DNA of 63,967 bases, filler included, from Phoronis australis (taxonomy: Eukaryota; Animalia; Phoronida), in the NCBI GenBank assembly GCA_002633005.1. It is 6 parts of 6 records of this genome, joined end to end, with 100 filler letters (N's around TTAATTAATTAA, not from the genome) between each part and the next. Parts side by side here need not be neighbours in the genome. Positions count along the whole stretch, not along the records: positions 1 to 30,109 come from NMRA01001229.1; 5 more parts are not named here. One strand, written 5' to 3'. The stretch's first letter is position 1. Every line of letters starts with the position of its first letter. A model generated the notes under the pieces. The model worked only from the letters and a program-made list of their open reading frames with translations, made no database searches and was not told the DNA's origin. Made by a program: the position numbers and the translations under genes. Positions 1 to 13,398 of the stretch are shown in pieces.

Positions 1-136
1 AGGGGGCATGGGGCAGGGCAGAGTATAAGCCAGGATTTCGCCTGTCAGACATTCGCACCCCCGAACTGCCAAATGGAATCTGGGAGAATTTTAGGGGGAC
101 CATGGCCCCTTGGTTCCCCTCTAAATCCGCCACTGG
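1..136 (-). mobile_element. hAT-like MITE, truncated at window edge
   Basis: Ends in TAAATCCGCCACTG. It is the reverse-complement homologue of the copy at 26432-26587 (shared GGAATCTGGGAGAATTTT core). Confidence 0.65.
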
Positions 137-250
137 AAATCGTCCCAAATATCAGATCAAAGATTTTTTAAGAAGGGTTGCCCAAGTCACTCTCACACTC
201 CTCTCACACTCTCACTCCCTCACTCCCTCACAACCTCACACTCTCACACC

Positions 251-772
251 CAAGAGTTTTATTATACATCCCATGAGAGACGGCAACGGCACAAATAGTT
301 ATGTTTTGCAGAGATGACGCCCACCTTCTCAATTCGGATGGATTTGACACAATATGTGGCATCTAATGGGCATTCTTATAATTCTAAAAATATTCATTGA
401 AGCACACCATGTGAGTGCATTTCAACGCTCCGCGTTGCTCTTGTTGACAACTGTATTTATATCTACTTAACCTCTGTTTGCAATTTGGCGTGTGTAGACT
501 TATTATAAACAACAATTGGACCAATGCTGTGCCTCCGAATGGAATTATTTCCTTAAAAAACTGAGTTACGCCGGCTGTCTATCTTTAGCGTTCCTTTGTA
601 GATTTTCACTTAATTTTGCCCGACCTTGTACTTAGAGAGAAGACAATGCCTCGTTTTGGATATGTTCAATGTATACAGTGCCGTTTAATGGCCATTTTTA
701 CGATATTAAAAACGCTACTGGAATTGCATTGCAGTCGTGGGTGTATTTCAACGCTCCATGAAGCTCTTGTAT
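251..772 (+). mobile_element. Helentron/HINE-like non-autonomous element remnants
   Basis: The terminal motif GCATTTCAACGCTCCGCGTTGCTCTTGTT at 417-445 is identical to 33061-33089, with a degenerate copy at about 743-772. Boundaries are approximate. Confidence 0.4.
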
Positions 773-795
773 TCAAGGAGCGGGTTCAATGAAAC

Positions 796-1089
796 CTGGC
801 GTGCGTTCAGTAGACGCTAGGACCTAAGCTAGGACCTAGCCAAAAGCTAGTCAAGGTCACGTGCTCTTATTTGAAATACACGGCAATATCTCGCGTAATC
901 TCGCAAAGTCTTGCTTTTAAGCTAGGTCCTAGCGTTACTGAACGGGAGGCTGGCGTGCGTTCAGTAGACGCTAGGACCTACGCTAGGACCTAGCTAAAAC
1001 CTAGTCAAAGCCACGTGTTCTCATTTAAAATACACGGCAATTTATCACGTAATCTCGGGAGCGAGGTCCTAGCGTTACTGAACGGGAGG
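796..1089 (+). mobile_element. Two head-to-tail ~150-bp PIF/Harbinger-like MITEs
   Basis: Imperfect TIRs GCGTGCGTTCAGTAGACGCTAGGACCT ... AGGTCCTAGCGTTACTGAACGGGAGG. CTG occurs at 796-798 and 950-952, consistent with a 3-bp CWG TSD shared between the copies. Confidence 0.7.
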
Positions 1090-2604
1090 GTGGTTTAAAG
1101 TATCCAAGGCACCCCACTGTGTGGAGCTGGGTCTAACAAAGAAACTACTGAAGTGCTTCCATGGAACTGTGATCACGTGGGCTTCAATGACAGCACACAG
1201 TTCGGGTAGAATCAGTGCAGACGTATTTTCCTGGTGGCTCTGTCGTCAATAAAATAAATAGAAAAAGGCCAGAACACTTTTCTCCTGTGGAAAAGATTTC
1301 CTCACAGGACTGATTACAGGACAAATTGATGTCATAGAAGAAGAGCAAGGAAAGTGATACCTAAACATGTCAACAGAAGCAACAGGCCTGGAGGGACAGT
1401 GGGTCCAGACTGGGTAAACTGTTCCCGCAATCAGAAAAACGCATAAAAAGTTAAAGCACTTTTGGTAACTGAGTGGAACGAGGGAAGTGGTGTGGTCGTC
1501 CGAGGACATGAGATCACAGAAATAGTTTTATAAAGGTATTTTTGAGAGCGATTAAACAACTCGACAAGTCAACGCGGGCTGGTAAGAAAGCTAATGACCT
1601 TACTGAATTAGCCTATACATGTAGCTTGTTTTGCTCTATATGCGTAACATACATTACTGTTTAGCCCCATTTTGAGTGTTTTGGTACGACAACAACGCGA
1701 AGTCCGTTGCATCCAATCTGCAAAATTTAGCAATTCATGATACTTTGATGAGTAATTGGTCACATTGATCGAGAGACGTACGTGAACGTCGTTTTTTATG
1801 GAAGTACGGTTGTGTGATGATCCTAACCTTGCAGTTTGTCTAGGCGAATTCAATTAATGAAAATACGGCCGACGCCTATCCAGAATCAAGAATAGATAGC
1901 CTTCCCATTATGTGTGTCCTTGGTCTCGCTGACTATGGACATACATGAAGCCATTGACTAGCCGGTTGAATGAAATACGCACTCTGCATTCCCTTCATTG
2001 TCCAAACTCTTACTATTTTATCTTCTCTATTTTTAACATTCATAGCGAGAGTAGATTAAACGACGTCGAAGCCTTTTAGAGTACTATATTGAAAATGAAT
2101 AGCACGGCTGAATTTATTTCCATTGAATGATCCTAATTTAAGAGGCGTCTACATTTATTTTCATTAAAATACTAGGGCCCAGCTTTCAGAATATTAGAAA
2201 ATGTCATGAATAAAAGAGGTCCTTACAATAAAGATGAAGAGGCAAGAAAAAATGCCATAAATGAATAAATAAAGTGAGCAAACAAAGTCCACAAAGTGTG
2301 AGAAGATTTAAGGAACGTAGTGAAATCCGCTAACAGATCCCCTGGGTTCCATCTCGATGCATGGCAGCAAGGTGTTTTCAAGAATTAATGTTTCGTAAAA
2401 TGCCCGCTAACTGCATGGAAGAGAAAACAAAAATAGAGCACGGTGAATTTGAACAATAGCTAGCTACTGACAAACCACAGGCCGGTCTCTAATCTTTGTA
2501 CTCGAAACGAACTCGAAATTGTATTTGTCAATTTCTTTGCTCCTTTTGTCCGAACTCATTATAAGCATGGTTATCAGACTGCTCGAATACATGATAGTTT
2601 ATGC

Positions 2605-2895
2605 CTATGAGTTTCTAGTCCAAGTTTGCATTTGAAGACCCTTATAGCACAAATATGCAGTAATTTTAAGGGAAAAGGGTGGAGTCGCTATTTGGGGCTG
2701 ATTCACTGGACCCCCAGCATCTGTGCCAGATGGTATCTGAAATGGGTAACGAAATTGGGGTGGGTTGTGTTGAATGAAACTGGAGTCAAAAGGGGTAGGG
2801 GTTGAAAACCAGCAACAGATGGAATTCCTGTCTGCATTACAATAAACCTGCATTATATGCCCATAGCCAAGACGCTCATTGGATACACAGTCCAT
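2605..2895 (-). pseudogene. Possible highly decayed Gypsy integrase fragment (Zn-binding/core junction)
   Basis: The translation VYC..ICCWF..P...YPFQ..GTDAGGP loosely resembles the Gypsy IN pattern C..C...(G)YPF.RI..D..GP. Confidence 0.3.
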
Positions 2896-5504
2896 TTAGG
2901 GTAGTTTTTAGGATGCGTTCCAGCTCACTTTTTAAAATCAACTATCAGCAGTTAGTTAAGGCATATTCAGCCTACATCGGCAGGTAAAAGTGGCCAACTT
3001 CAAAGTAAATAACATAAGGACGCCTTATTTCCAGACTTGATGTTTTAAGACCCGTGTCAAAACAAAAATCAGAAGAAACGACATCGCCACTAAGTGTGAC
3101 GGGATTTCCAAGGTAGTACACATACTACCGAAGTCATCACCGATGTAATACTCAACGTGCTTTTAAAAGAACGCTTCGTTCGACACTTCTTATGGAAAAT
3201 TATCAAGCGGGTTACCAAACCATACAATTATTATTTATTATTCAGGACTGAAGTCCATATCATGATTATATAATATAAATTATTGACCAACGATGGCCAG
3301 AATGTTAACTGTATGGGATCACAAAAAAATAATTTAAATAAGCAACAGCGAATCAATAAAACAATGGAGAAATAAATAAAAATAAATAAAAATAAATAAA
3401 AATAAATAATAATAATTACATAATAATAAAACAAATATATGATTATAAAATTAGTAAATAAGTAGTAATAGTAAATGTTATAATCTTTTAGATCTGAATG
3501 TATTAAGACTGCAGAAAGAAATGAAAGAAAGTAATCAATGGGCATAGAATAAACTAATCAATAGTTCCCAAAATCATGCAAACAATTAACGATAATTTTC
3601 TAAGTGATCAAATGCAGAGAACAGTAAAGACATTAAGTTCAAATCACCCGCATTACTGGCTGACTGGCAGCAGTTTCACACAAAAACATTCTTTGTTTCA
3701 ATCTCGAACATCATCTCTATTAGTCAGTGAGGAAGCAAAAAAGTCACGAATTTTCAATTAACTGTTGCTGCAAGCGCAGGTATTGCAGAAAAGCACCGTT
3801 GCTTTTTACCGACTTGAGCCTTCGTGTCTTGCCATATTTGTTTATTGCACACACGCCCGCTAGACGTCTCTACGGTTCATGGAACAACAATGGCCGCCAG
3901 TGGCCGTCCAAAGGGATTTCGCAAGGTGGTTTGTTTCCCTCTCTACGGTCTCTTGTACAGCACAGGGTTGAGGGTTTTTGGCAAACATCTACATGTATCC
4001 CATACATTATGGCTACAGTGAATTCATTCTTAGTCATACAAACATGTAGTGAGTGACACATAGTAGCAGAAGTGCCCATGTGGACGATTTTCCTCTTCTT
4101 TCACAATTTTCCAAAGAAGCGGCTTGTCATCCAGGTTCCTCATGGGAAGTCTAAGCACACTTTTTCTGAAGTCTTGTAAAGGTCATCCAAAGATGTACTG
4201 ATTTTAAACAACAGTTTCCAATCAAGTTGCTCGGTTAGTTTAGACATGTTTGATAAGAAAGGGTTGGCTTGTTGATAATTCTCAGATACTGAATGCCCAT
4301 ATAGTCAACTAACTGTTTGCTCCTGTTGGCTTCTTAGAAACAGATGCAAGTGGCGTAACTGCAACTATTTCGTTTTTACAGCCGCGTGCTTGAAGCACTA
4401 TAATAAACACACATGAACCGGTGTGTTACTTATACCGTGTGAATACAGGACAGCAACATAAACGTAAGTCAGCGACAGTTTAGAGATGTACTCCTAAAAG
4501 GCGCAACCACAATTTTGTGGGATTCACACTTCTTGAACGTCATGAATTAAGCACCGGACTTGTCTGTACCCGGAACAGACCACAATTGCGTTTCCTCCAT
4601 CAGTCATGCCAGTTTGTTTGCGTAAGGCGCTACCTATTGAGAATTCGAACAGCCAATCAGAAACGGCGGGCTAAATAAAATTCCTGACGAAAATTGAATG
4701 ACACCTGCGTGCTCTCTACCACCAATCAAACTTATAATCCAGAGGATAAGTTTTGAAGCTTAATGCAACTCAGCGCCCTGGCGTGTTAAATTTTGGTCCT
4801 GATGTGTTAAATTTTCGGTCCTGAGGATATAACTTTTTGGTCTTGAGGTGTTTTTTTAATCTTGCAGAGTGAAAAGTGGATTTTCTTGCACAAGTGAAAA
4901 TCACTAAGTCTGGTTTTTGCCGAGGAATTTATTTTTGATCCTTCAAAATAAAAATAATGTTTTGACTTGTTTTTAAATCTTGCATAGAAAACATGTGTTC
5001 TGGATTTTTTCCGCTTTGGCATTCCATATATTGGAAGACCAAAATGTTTAGTTTGCGGCGACCATGCTGCTAACACATCGGTCAGGGGCTGCTATGGCAG
5101 ACTTCATAAACTGTCATTTTCATCTTCAGTAAAACTGGATAGGGAACACCGGCCAGTCTGTTATTCACCGACTTATTTGCATGGAAATAGAATACGCAGT
5201 TTCATGATTTGAGAATAACGTAACTGAGAAACAGTTATTGAAAGACATACATTTAAATTTTTTAATAAAGTAAAAAGGCAATAAACCGGCGTTTCTTCTT
5301 ATTTAGATGAGAAGTGATTTTGGTCTTCAATGAAGACTGACAGTCCATCATAGATCGAGACTATGTTTACCATGACAAGCCAACTTATATAACCTAATGT
5401 CAAAACAATGACGAACTGCTAGGCATTTCCATGCCCCCAAATCACACCTAGGCCTACATTGCCGGAACACTGATTTCATAACGTTCAGTTGGCTAAATCA
5501 AAAT

Positions 5505-6598
5505 TCAATTTGTGTCCAGAAAACGCATGCATGCTTGCGGTGTTTTAATTCTAGTATCATACGGCAACTTCACGATAGGGATCCCACGGAGGTAGCTCGG
5601 GACCCCTCTCCTTCCGAGAAAAGACCAAAAAACGCCACCGTTCTTCGCCCTGTGATTGCTTTCCCAATAGCGGCATTCGAGATCCACCAGTGTTTAGAGC
5701 GAGAGTGAGCTTAATTACGGTCCCCGACCCGGGCGTACATTCCTTCGATCTATCAGACACATTTAACCGAATACCTCTCAGGCCTAGCAAATTATCTTTG
5801 GTTAAAAAAACTGACTCAGATTTCGGTAACACCGGGGAGATGGTCGATGTTTTCGTGATATATATACTTGAATCACTCCTCAGTGAATCACTCGATTCGC
5901 TCTAAGCACAGACCCATGCTTTACTGAGCAGGCGGTTCACGTCCTTCATTGGCCGGAACCCAATACCAACAGGGTCTGGTTGCCAGACTAGGGCTCATAA
6001 AAGCGCTTTCTCGTAGTCGATTGTGTCACTTTAAAGTCCCGGTCGTACAACTATTTGATCGACATGCGATTTCTCTAAGATATGACAGCCATGGCAGCAC
6101 TACCCGGCGACGGGTGAAAACATTCCACCCCATATCATCTGGCACCGATTATGCGGTGATCCGAATCTACAGACCCGAGCGACCCCAATTTTTAACTCAC
6201 GGCCACAGTGGAAAAACTTCAATACCGTAGACCAAACACCAGTTATGGACCAGTGCAATTGTTGTGTCCGTAAAACACATGCAAGTGGGCGGCACATCCC
6301 CCAACCAACTAGCCCTTCTGAATACAGATCTCCCTGCCCCCTTACGGGCAAAAAAGTACAAGTACATGTAGGCTACCTAAGCTTAACCGTGATGGCCACA
6401 GTGACAGGCACAGCTGATTTTCAATTCAGAATTCTTTTTTATAAATTTTGGTGATGCCATTCTAGAGGCCTTCTCTGGTTCTCTGGTAAACCAGATTAAC
6501 TTTGACCTCGTAACCGACTCAGTCACCGACACAGACCAAACTTTCACAAGGAGCCACCTACCGACGCTGCTATCATTTATCGTACAGGCTGACTTCAT
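5505..6598 (-). pseudogene. Decayed LINE (CR1/L2-like) ORF1 region
   Basis: Broken minus-strand frames contain Cys/His-rich PHD-like pieces, a KDNLLGLRGI segment (compare RRNNL.I.GI) and IPIVKL (compare RPIIVK). Confidence 0.3.
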
Positions 6599-8061
6599 AG
6601 CCCCCCAAAAAACTTCACTGAGAATAAAAGTACAACGAAGATAGATATTATCTCACAAAAACGTGACACCAACTTTGCAAAGTAGGGCCTAGTTTATGAA
6701 TTCTATTTTGTCTTACAATTTATTTAACACTATCTTATGGGGTAACTAATTTATGCAAATGCTGATAATGATAAATCATACGACTACGGCAATAAATACA
6801 CATCTTGGAACAATAACAAAAGACATTACTGCTGAATATTCCAATGTAACTTTTGATGGTACCCATGACAAAATACCAAAAAGAAATTAAAAAACGGCCA
6901 TAACAGCTTATTAGGTAAAATGATTTACTCTTATTAAAATGAAATTAGCAAGAAATTGAAAGTCGGGTCCATATATTAATACAAGAGATCTGACAACTGA
7001 AATTCAATTTCTTTCCTATGTCATTTTAATAAGAATAAGTAGTTTTAAATAATAATCTGTTTAATAACATCTTCACACAATTACAACATTCAAGCCATCC
7101 GCCTACTAAGTACAGTAAGAGATTGGCATGAAGCTATACGGACAGCCACATCCCGAAACCCATCTGCACTCTTCAAAAACTATGGTGTTCACCCAAACTG
7201 CTTCCTATCCAGAGTGTGCTTTTGAGTTAAAGTCAGAATTAAGAGATTTGACACGAACTAAGCAAAATGCGACCCCTGTAGGAAGAATTGTACGAACTAG
7301 AACAATAATTACTGTACCACAGAACTTCGTTCGATTTGAGCGAATATCCAACTTATAATGCGTGACAGACCGCGAGGTTTACTGTATGCAGTTTTCATGC
7401 GATTTAGTTTTTTATGTTGCTTTACCAGTGGTCATTGTAGTGTCCTTCCAATGCAATTGAAGTTCGCAATTTCCAACTCGAACTCGTAACTTACAGGTCA
7501 CAAGTTTGTGTCGATGATCCATGTTTGAGAATTCTGATAAGCGACTGTGTTGAAAAGGCGTTTTGCTTTTGCAATTTACAAAAGTAATCACTTTGATATG
7601 CTGGAGTTATCTGCTCAATATCAGTTTATAATTTGACTAGAAACATGATACTCTGATCTCGCAGCACATTACAAGAAATAAATTTCTAGTCCTTAGAACT
7701 GTGGAAGTTTCAATTTAATCCAGAAGCCAGAAAGGAGTTCCTTAGAACGTTCGGTAGTATGAGTTTTCTTGTTTGTTTCATGGCTATGTAATACCCCTGA
7801 AGCATTTTAGCTGGTTTCTAACTATAACAACCCTGACCATTACTTTAAATGGGCAAATGAAGGCCGCCATTATGCAAAATTCTATTTTTGATGATAACTT
7901 CCTCACTACGTACTGCTGGTAAATTAGTTTATGTTTTCACCCATGCTTGTATGGCCAGTGAATTTTATGAGGCTACTTTAGAGGTGGATACATTGAAAAT
8001 TTGTAGAGATTATGCAAACTACGGCAGCCATGATTGAAAATTCTTCTCGTGCTTATTGCTT

Positions 8062-8206
8062 CAGCCTCATGTTCAGTAACGCTAGGGCCTCGCTTAAAAG
8101 CAAGACGAGTTACGTGAGATATTGCCGTGTATTTTAAATGAGATCATGTGACCTTGACTAGCGTAGGTCCTGGCGCAAGGTCCTAGCGTTACTGAACGCA
8201 CGCCTG
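8062..8206 (-). mobile_element. Harbinger-like MITE, same family as 796-1089
   Basis: Reverse-complement copy with the same TIRs, flanked by CAG/CTG. Confidence 0.7.
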
Positions 8207-8344
8207 GTACCAGACACCACAGGCTAATTATATTGACATTTCCACCCAAAAATATTTCTTGTTTTTTAATGAAATCAGTTGGCAGCTTAGTCCACGATAA
8301 ATTTGCATAATTCATGCAATTAATGACCACCATTATTTAAAATT

Positions 8345-8503
8345 CTGGCGTGCGTTCAGTAGACGCTAGGACCTACGCAGCTAGGACCTAGCTAAAACCT
8401 AGTCAAAGTCACGTGTTCTCATTTAAGATACACGGCAATATCTCACGTAATCTCGCGAAGTCTTGCATTTTAGCGAGGTCCTAGCGTTACTGAACGGGAG
8501 GCT
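8345..8503 (+). mobile_element. Harbinger-like MITE, same family as 796-1089
   Basis: Near-identical to the 950-1089 copy and preceded by CTG. Confidence 0.7.
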
Positions 8504-8546
8504 CAGTGTTTCAACGCATTATAACTTCTTTCCGGGCGCCTATATG

Positions 8547-8919
8547 CAGTGCTGTAGTGGTAAAATTAGAGGTCAGTAGGCGCCCAATGCCCACCGTATC
8601 ACCTTGAGCACTGAATTTTAAAAGTGCATTGAATTCGCAAAATCTGGCTCACAAACATGTAGGCCTATTTTTGACTCACGAGTGGGCATTTACTTCTAGT
8701 CTACAGTGGAAATTTAGGATGAAGCAGAAAGGAGCCCAACCACACATATAGGAAGTCAAAGGTGCGCATGCATTCCAAGCGGTCTCTGAAGAGGGGAGGC
8801 AAACACAATTTTCAAGGAAAATAGGCGCGTAACGCCCAGAAGCGATATGCTGGCGGCGTTTTTTATTCGCCCGTGGTGTGTGTCCTCAGGGCCCTTCGGT
8901 CACCCTTGATCCGCCTATG
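8547..8919 (+). mobile_element. hAT-like non-autonomous element
   Basis: Runs CAGTGCTGTAGTGG...GATCCGCCTATG with flanks ATATG/GTATG (5-bp TSD, one mismatch). A second copy lies at 24456-24805. Confidence 0.6.
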
Positions 8920-9026
8920 GTATGACACCTTAACTGTTACTTTGTCCTGAAATATTAATTTAAAATGTCCTTACTCGGTAACAGATGTTAGTCTGTACTC
9001 TTCAAAGACTAATTACACACGATGTT

Positions 9027-9171
9027 CATGGGCGGTACAGCTCTGAAATAAGCGGGGGGCTATAGCCCCCAGCCCCCTATGATGCACCGCCCATGGAGTC
9101 CATGGGCGGCGCAACACTGAAATAAGTGGGGGGGCTGTAGCCCTCCAGCCCCCTATGGTGCGCCGCTTATG
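9027..9171 (+). mobile_element. Dimer of a ~70-bp micro-MITE (CATGGGCGGCGCA TIR)
   Basis: Two palindromic-ended units joined by GAGTC; outer flanks are ATGTT/ATATT. Confidence 0.65.
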
Positions 9172-9633
9172 ATATTTCAATGAGCTTTAGACAATGTACC
9201 TGGAACAACATGCACGCGCGCATGCACTCATATATAATGTACACTTGAAGTAGTTTCTTCTTGCAAGCAGCTGTTCTTATTTTTTATTGAATTTTAAAGT
9301 TAATAAAATACCAGGTACTAGTGACCAGTCCAAAGATAGAGTGCTTACTACAATTGTTACAGAATCCTCCACAAACTTTTTATCGGCAGTCTTGTTTTTT
9401 CCAATTTACATGATTATTGGACTGAGATCTGTTAGCAGTTCCGTGTTGTCGAATCATACCCCGGTACATGTTTCGGTATAAGGTTGTGGGTCGAACATGG
9501 AACGCGGGGAACCAATGACCTTGCCAAGCAGCGAGCTGGAGGTATTTTCTAATAGCAAACAAGAGCGTTAACTTCGTCTGTTACTATCCTATTCATTTCG
9601 CTGAATAATCGTACTGCAAGAAATAGTTTTAAT

Positions 9634-9774
9634 CATGGGCTGCGCAGCACTTAAAAATGTGGGGGGCTATAGCCCCCAGCCCTCTTGTCGTGTACCGCTC
9701 ATAGACTATGGGCGGCGCAACACTGAAAAAGTTGGGGGCTATAACCCCCCTCAGCTCCCTATGGTGAGCCTATG
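9634..9774 (+). mobile_element. Dimer of a ~70-bp micro-MITE
   Basis: Same family as 9027-9171, with a perfect 5-bp TTAAT duplication flanking the whole dimer. Confidence 0.65.
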
Positions 9775-10540
9775 TTAATGTAGAGGTCCAGTTGTCGTAG
9801 AGCACTTGGTAGGTTGTCTACTCTACTCCTCCATTTCTACGAACTCACGCATTCCTCTGATTGCCGATGTGCCAACCAGCTCAAACCGATAGCAAATTTG
9901 CTTGACTTCGTGTTCGCCATGTTTTAATGCCGGATCCCATGGGCCACGTTCTTGTGTCCAAGATGCCCAGAATAGAGCAAAATGACTGCTCATCAATGTC
10001 AAGCCAACGCAACTCCAAGTTCGCAACATGTTTTTATAAATTACACAGGAAGTATGGTCACGCGCGCAGGAATATTCGGTAACACTGCTGTCGCCAGCAT
10101 AGCAGTGCATCGATACCGTTAGGCAATGACATCGCCCTGGATGCCACAGCCGCAGGCATACAGGTACGATAGTACATCCCCACAAAAAGTTATTCATTTC
10201 AAAATACAGCAAATAAAATCAAATGAACCATACATATAGGAACATGGAGTTATAATTAACACATACCATTACTCTAGATACAATTTAGACAGCAAAACTT
10301 GAACAAATCAATGAAAATCTGTCGCGGTTTGCTCAAGTTTCTCTTACCGGGTGCCATTTTAAGAAAGTTACGTGAAATCACGCATGTTGACGAATAAAAA
10401 GTCCAAAGGACACAAATCTTACAAATTTCAACTGATACCTTCTCATGCTATTTTGCTAGTGTCACGCGCTAGTGTCACGCGCTTCGTTCAGTCTCGCGCT
10501 AGCCTTTGCCTAACTCACGTGACTCAGTTGACCTACTTAA

Positions 10541-12189
10541 GGTTATCGCGCGCGTGGTGAAAAAGTTAACAGAAACCAAAGAAGTGGAATTGGAATTTTT
10601 CGCCAAAGTCACGATAATTCTCACAACTAAACTTCGCAGAAGATATGTATAGAAGTAGAAAGGACCAATGAAGAAAGTAAGCGCTTTTTTAAGTGATAAT
10701 TTTAAGCGTGAAATGTATTTTTGACGAGGTGAAAACTCAAAATCGGTGACCGGATTTGGGTTACTGCCCGTTTAAAACACTTGTAACAAAATGCGTACAG
10801 AAAGTGAATGGAAGTACTGTAGCCCCTAAATGGCCAACCGAGGGGCTACGTGTTGCCTACGATACCGTAAGCTATTGTATCAAGACTACGCCCCACTATA
10901 CAGTCACTTACTGTGCGTAGGCGCTACGTTAAGATGTAAAAAGACGTTTGGCTGAGCATGCACCCTACTATAACGTAACAGGCCGTGTGTAGGCGCTATG
11001 TTTAAATGCCAAAAGGGTGGTTGGCTGCGTCAGCGTGCGCCTATGCCCCACGGAAGGCTATATGACGCTGTACAACAGCATATTCAGAATCACTTTCAAA
11101 AAAGTCGTAACCAAATACTTCAAGTTTTTAATGGCTCAGGTAATTTATTTAACAAAGACACACGTTGATTGTGTGAGGAGTTTAAGCCAAAAGTAGTGGA
11201 ACGAGACTTGGAGAGAGATTACGTTTTCCCAAAATATTATAGACTGACGGTCGAAATTTGAAACATTTAGGGGAAGCTGGGCCTGTATGCTGGACGTGTT
11301 TAAACACTTCTGTAATTATGGGTCTCATTTTAGAAACTACCTATAGATTGAACAACGGTTGCCTTGAACGGCAAAGTTGAATTTCCAGACTGGCGATCAT
11401 GAAACACAAAGTTCAGGGTACGAAGTTGAATCGCTTATATTTTTCTTCCAGTGCCCTAGAAAAATGTCTAATATTGGACAAGTTCGAAACACCGTATCTC
11501 AGAAATAACTGATCGTATTCACACGAAACTTTTAGATACTATATGCTTTTTACAATGTTTTACAAAACTCTGCTAGAAATTGTTTTCAAAATGTTCCACT
11601 TTTGCATAAAAATAGGACTTGTATATTATGAAAAAATCAAAGTTGCCTAAAACGGAAACGAGGCGATAATTTAGAAAACTGAAAGAGCATTTTTCAGATT
11701 TCATGTTCAACATTTTCATCATGTAAATTTGGTCATGTTACTGATCCTGTTGTTTTTGCTATGAATGAACATTTCTTTTGTGACATTTTTTCTAAAAAGC
11801 AAGACCCCATGACCTAACTAGTGGTAGATTGGTATAAAGTTTGAGGAGACAGTGTAGCTCAATGGTTTGAGCACAGAATTCCCTTTGGGAAACCCGGTTC
11901 AAATCCTGATTTTACTGGCAAATGCATCATTTAACAAAGATGTCTCCTACTCCTCTGAGTTAGGTGCTACTAGTGAACGTATGCAATGGAGTGAACGAGA
12001 ACTTGATATAATGCGGAAGTGGTTTTGGGACAGTGCTCATATTTTTAATAGGTTTGAATTTAAATATCAAATTTTACATGATTTCCACTTTCAGAAAAAT
12101 GTGCACTTTTTCTGAGATAAAATCTATAGATTTGTAAATATTTTGCTAAGCACACACTATCAGACTTGTCGATAAGGTCGCACATAACT
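10541..12189. mobile_element. Kolobok-like non-autonomous DNA transposon (TTAA-flanked)
   Basis: TTAA|GGTTATCGCG ... CGCACATAACT|TTAA: short imperfect TIRs with RR..YY termini and a TTAA TSD. The duplicate is at about 13852-15488. Confidence 0.5.
11844..11990 (+). mobile_element. tRNA-derived SINE (also at ~15144-15290)
   Basis: Pol III A box TAGCTCAATGG (~11855) and B box GGTTCAAATCC (11896-11906) are at tRNA spacing. There is no acceptor stem, and a SINE-like body follows. Confidence 0.6.
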
Positions 12190-13398
12190 TTAAGTGTCAG
12201 ACAAGTGGACGGTAATTGAAGTGTGATTTCGCGGGCGGGCAGAAACACATGAATCGTTTTATTCGTTTCAGAATAACTGACTACATATATATTTTTTAAT
12301 ATTAAGATAATTGATCAAAACCGATAAAAGACAAATATGGACCTAAGAATCAAAAATGGACATAATGGGTCAGAGTGGATAAAATGGATTAAACTGGACA
12401 AAACTGACACAATGAGTAAAATTTGGAAGAGATAAACAGGATTGTAAAATGGAAATAACGGTCACAACAGACATAACGGGTCAGAACATACGTCACATTT
12501 CATTCGTTGAATGCCGGGTTTCCAAAGTAGAATGAAACCACTCAATGGAAACTGAGAACGTAAATTTAGATTTCCAGCCAACAGGTGGCCTTGATGACAA
12601 ATTTCCACAAATCACAAACCGTTAAAAGATCGATTGCCTAGGCTCTTTCCCAATCCAAAGTTTTGTCCTCTCCAGGAGGCGACGGATAGAAGCCAGTTAT
12701 CTCTAACGAAGCTAAGTCATCCCTTTTATCCGCTCTTGCGTGTGTATTCCACAATTTAGGCGCGAGTCGTCCGGTATGTATGAATCGTTAAAAANAACTC
12801 TGAAGTCGAAGTCCAAGCGGCCACAGTCTCAGCGATGTGTGGAAAATCACCAATTTACCTTCAATTCAGACCCCTTTTCACTCACATTTTATGCAAGTAC
12901 AACCGTGCAGGGGTACATGACTGGCCCCAGTTAGATTCCCGGTTCGGAAATTGATCTGAGTCGGCATTTACAACAGTTGTTCAGTAACATTTACAATTTG
13001 ATTCAGAAACGCCTAAATCATAAATCGCGAGCCACCATGTTTACAAAAGCGCCGTCTACCGAGCAAAAGGATAGAAGTGAACTACTTTCGCGCAGGCTAA
13101 TGTACTCCATATGAGTAAGATAATACACACCGTGTTGACTTACGTAGTAAATGACCCTCGCTGGTTCCGTGCGTGTAGAGAACACGCAGGTAGCACGCGC
13201 TTCATTACTGTTTGATGTAACCTCGGCAGTCATTGGTTATCTTCAACAATGAAAGAAAATGGCGGACCAGGAACGATTATCACCCTCGTACATACATGTG
13301 GCATAACTGTAACTATTTCGTTTTTACAGCCGAGGCTGAAGAATACAATGGTAAAGGGTCTTAAGGGTACGGACATTATAGGTGGTGCTGTGTCAGAG

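Larger units (their letters stand above)
10078..12794 (+). repeat. Copy 1 of a ~2.7-kb direct duplication
   Basis: Colinear and nearly identical to 13399-16094; it ends exactly at the single N at 12795. Confidence 0.95.

Noticed and set aside
1100-1509. Minus-strand 87-aa ORF as a gene or retroelement tail
   Set aside because: It has no recognisable motif or splice support.
3231-3545. 104-aa hydrophobic ORF
   Set aside because: It arises from low-complexity AT-rich sequence.
11844-11910. tRNA genes (also ~15144 and 20428-20487)
   Set aside because: A and B boxes are present, but there is no acceptor stem or full cloverleaf; they fit SINE heads better.
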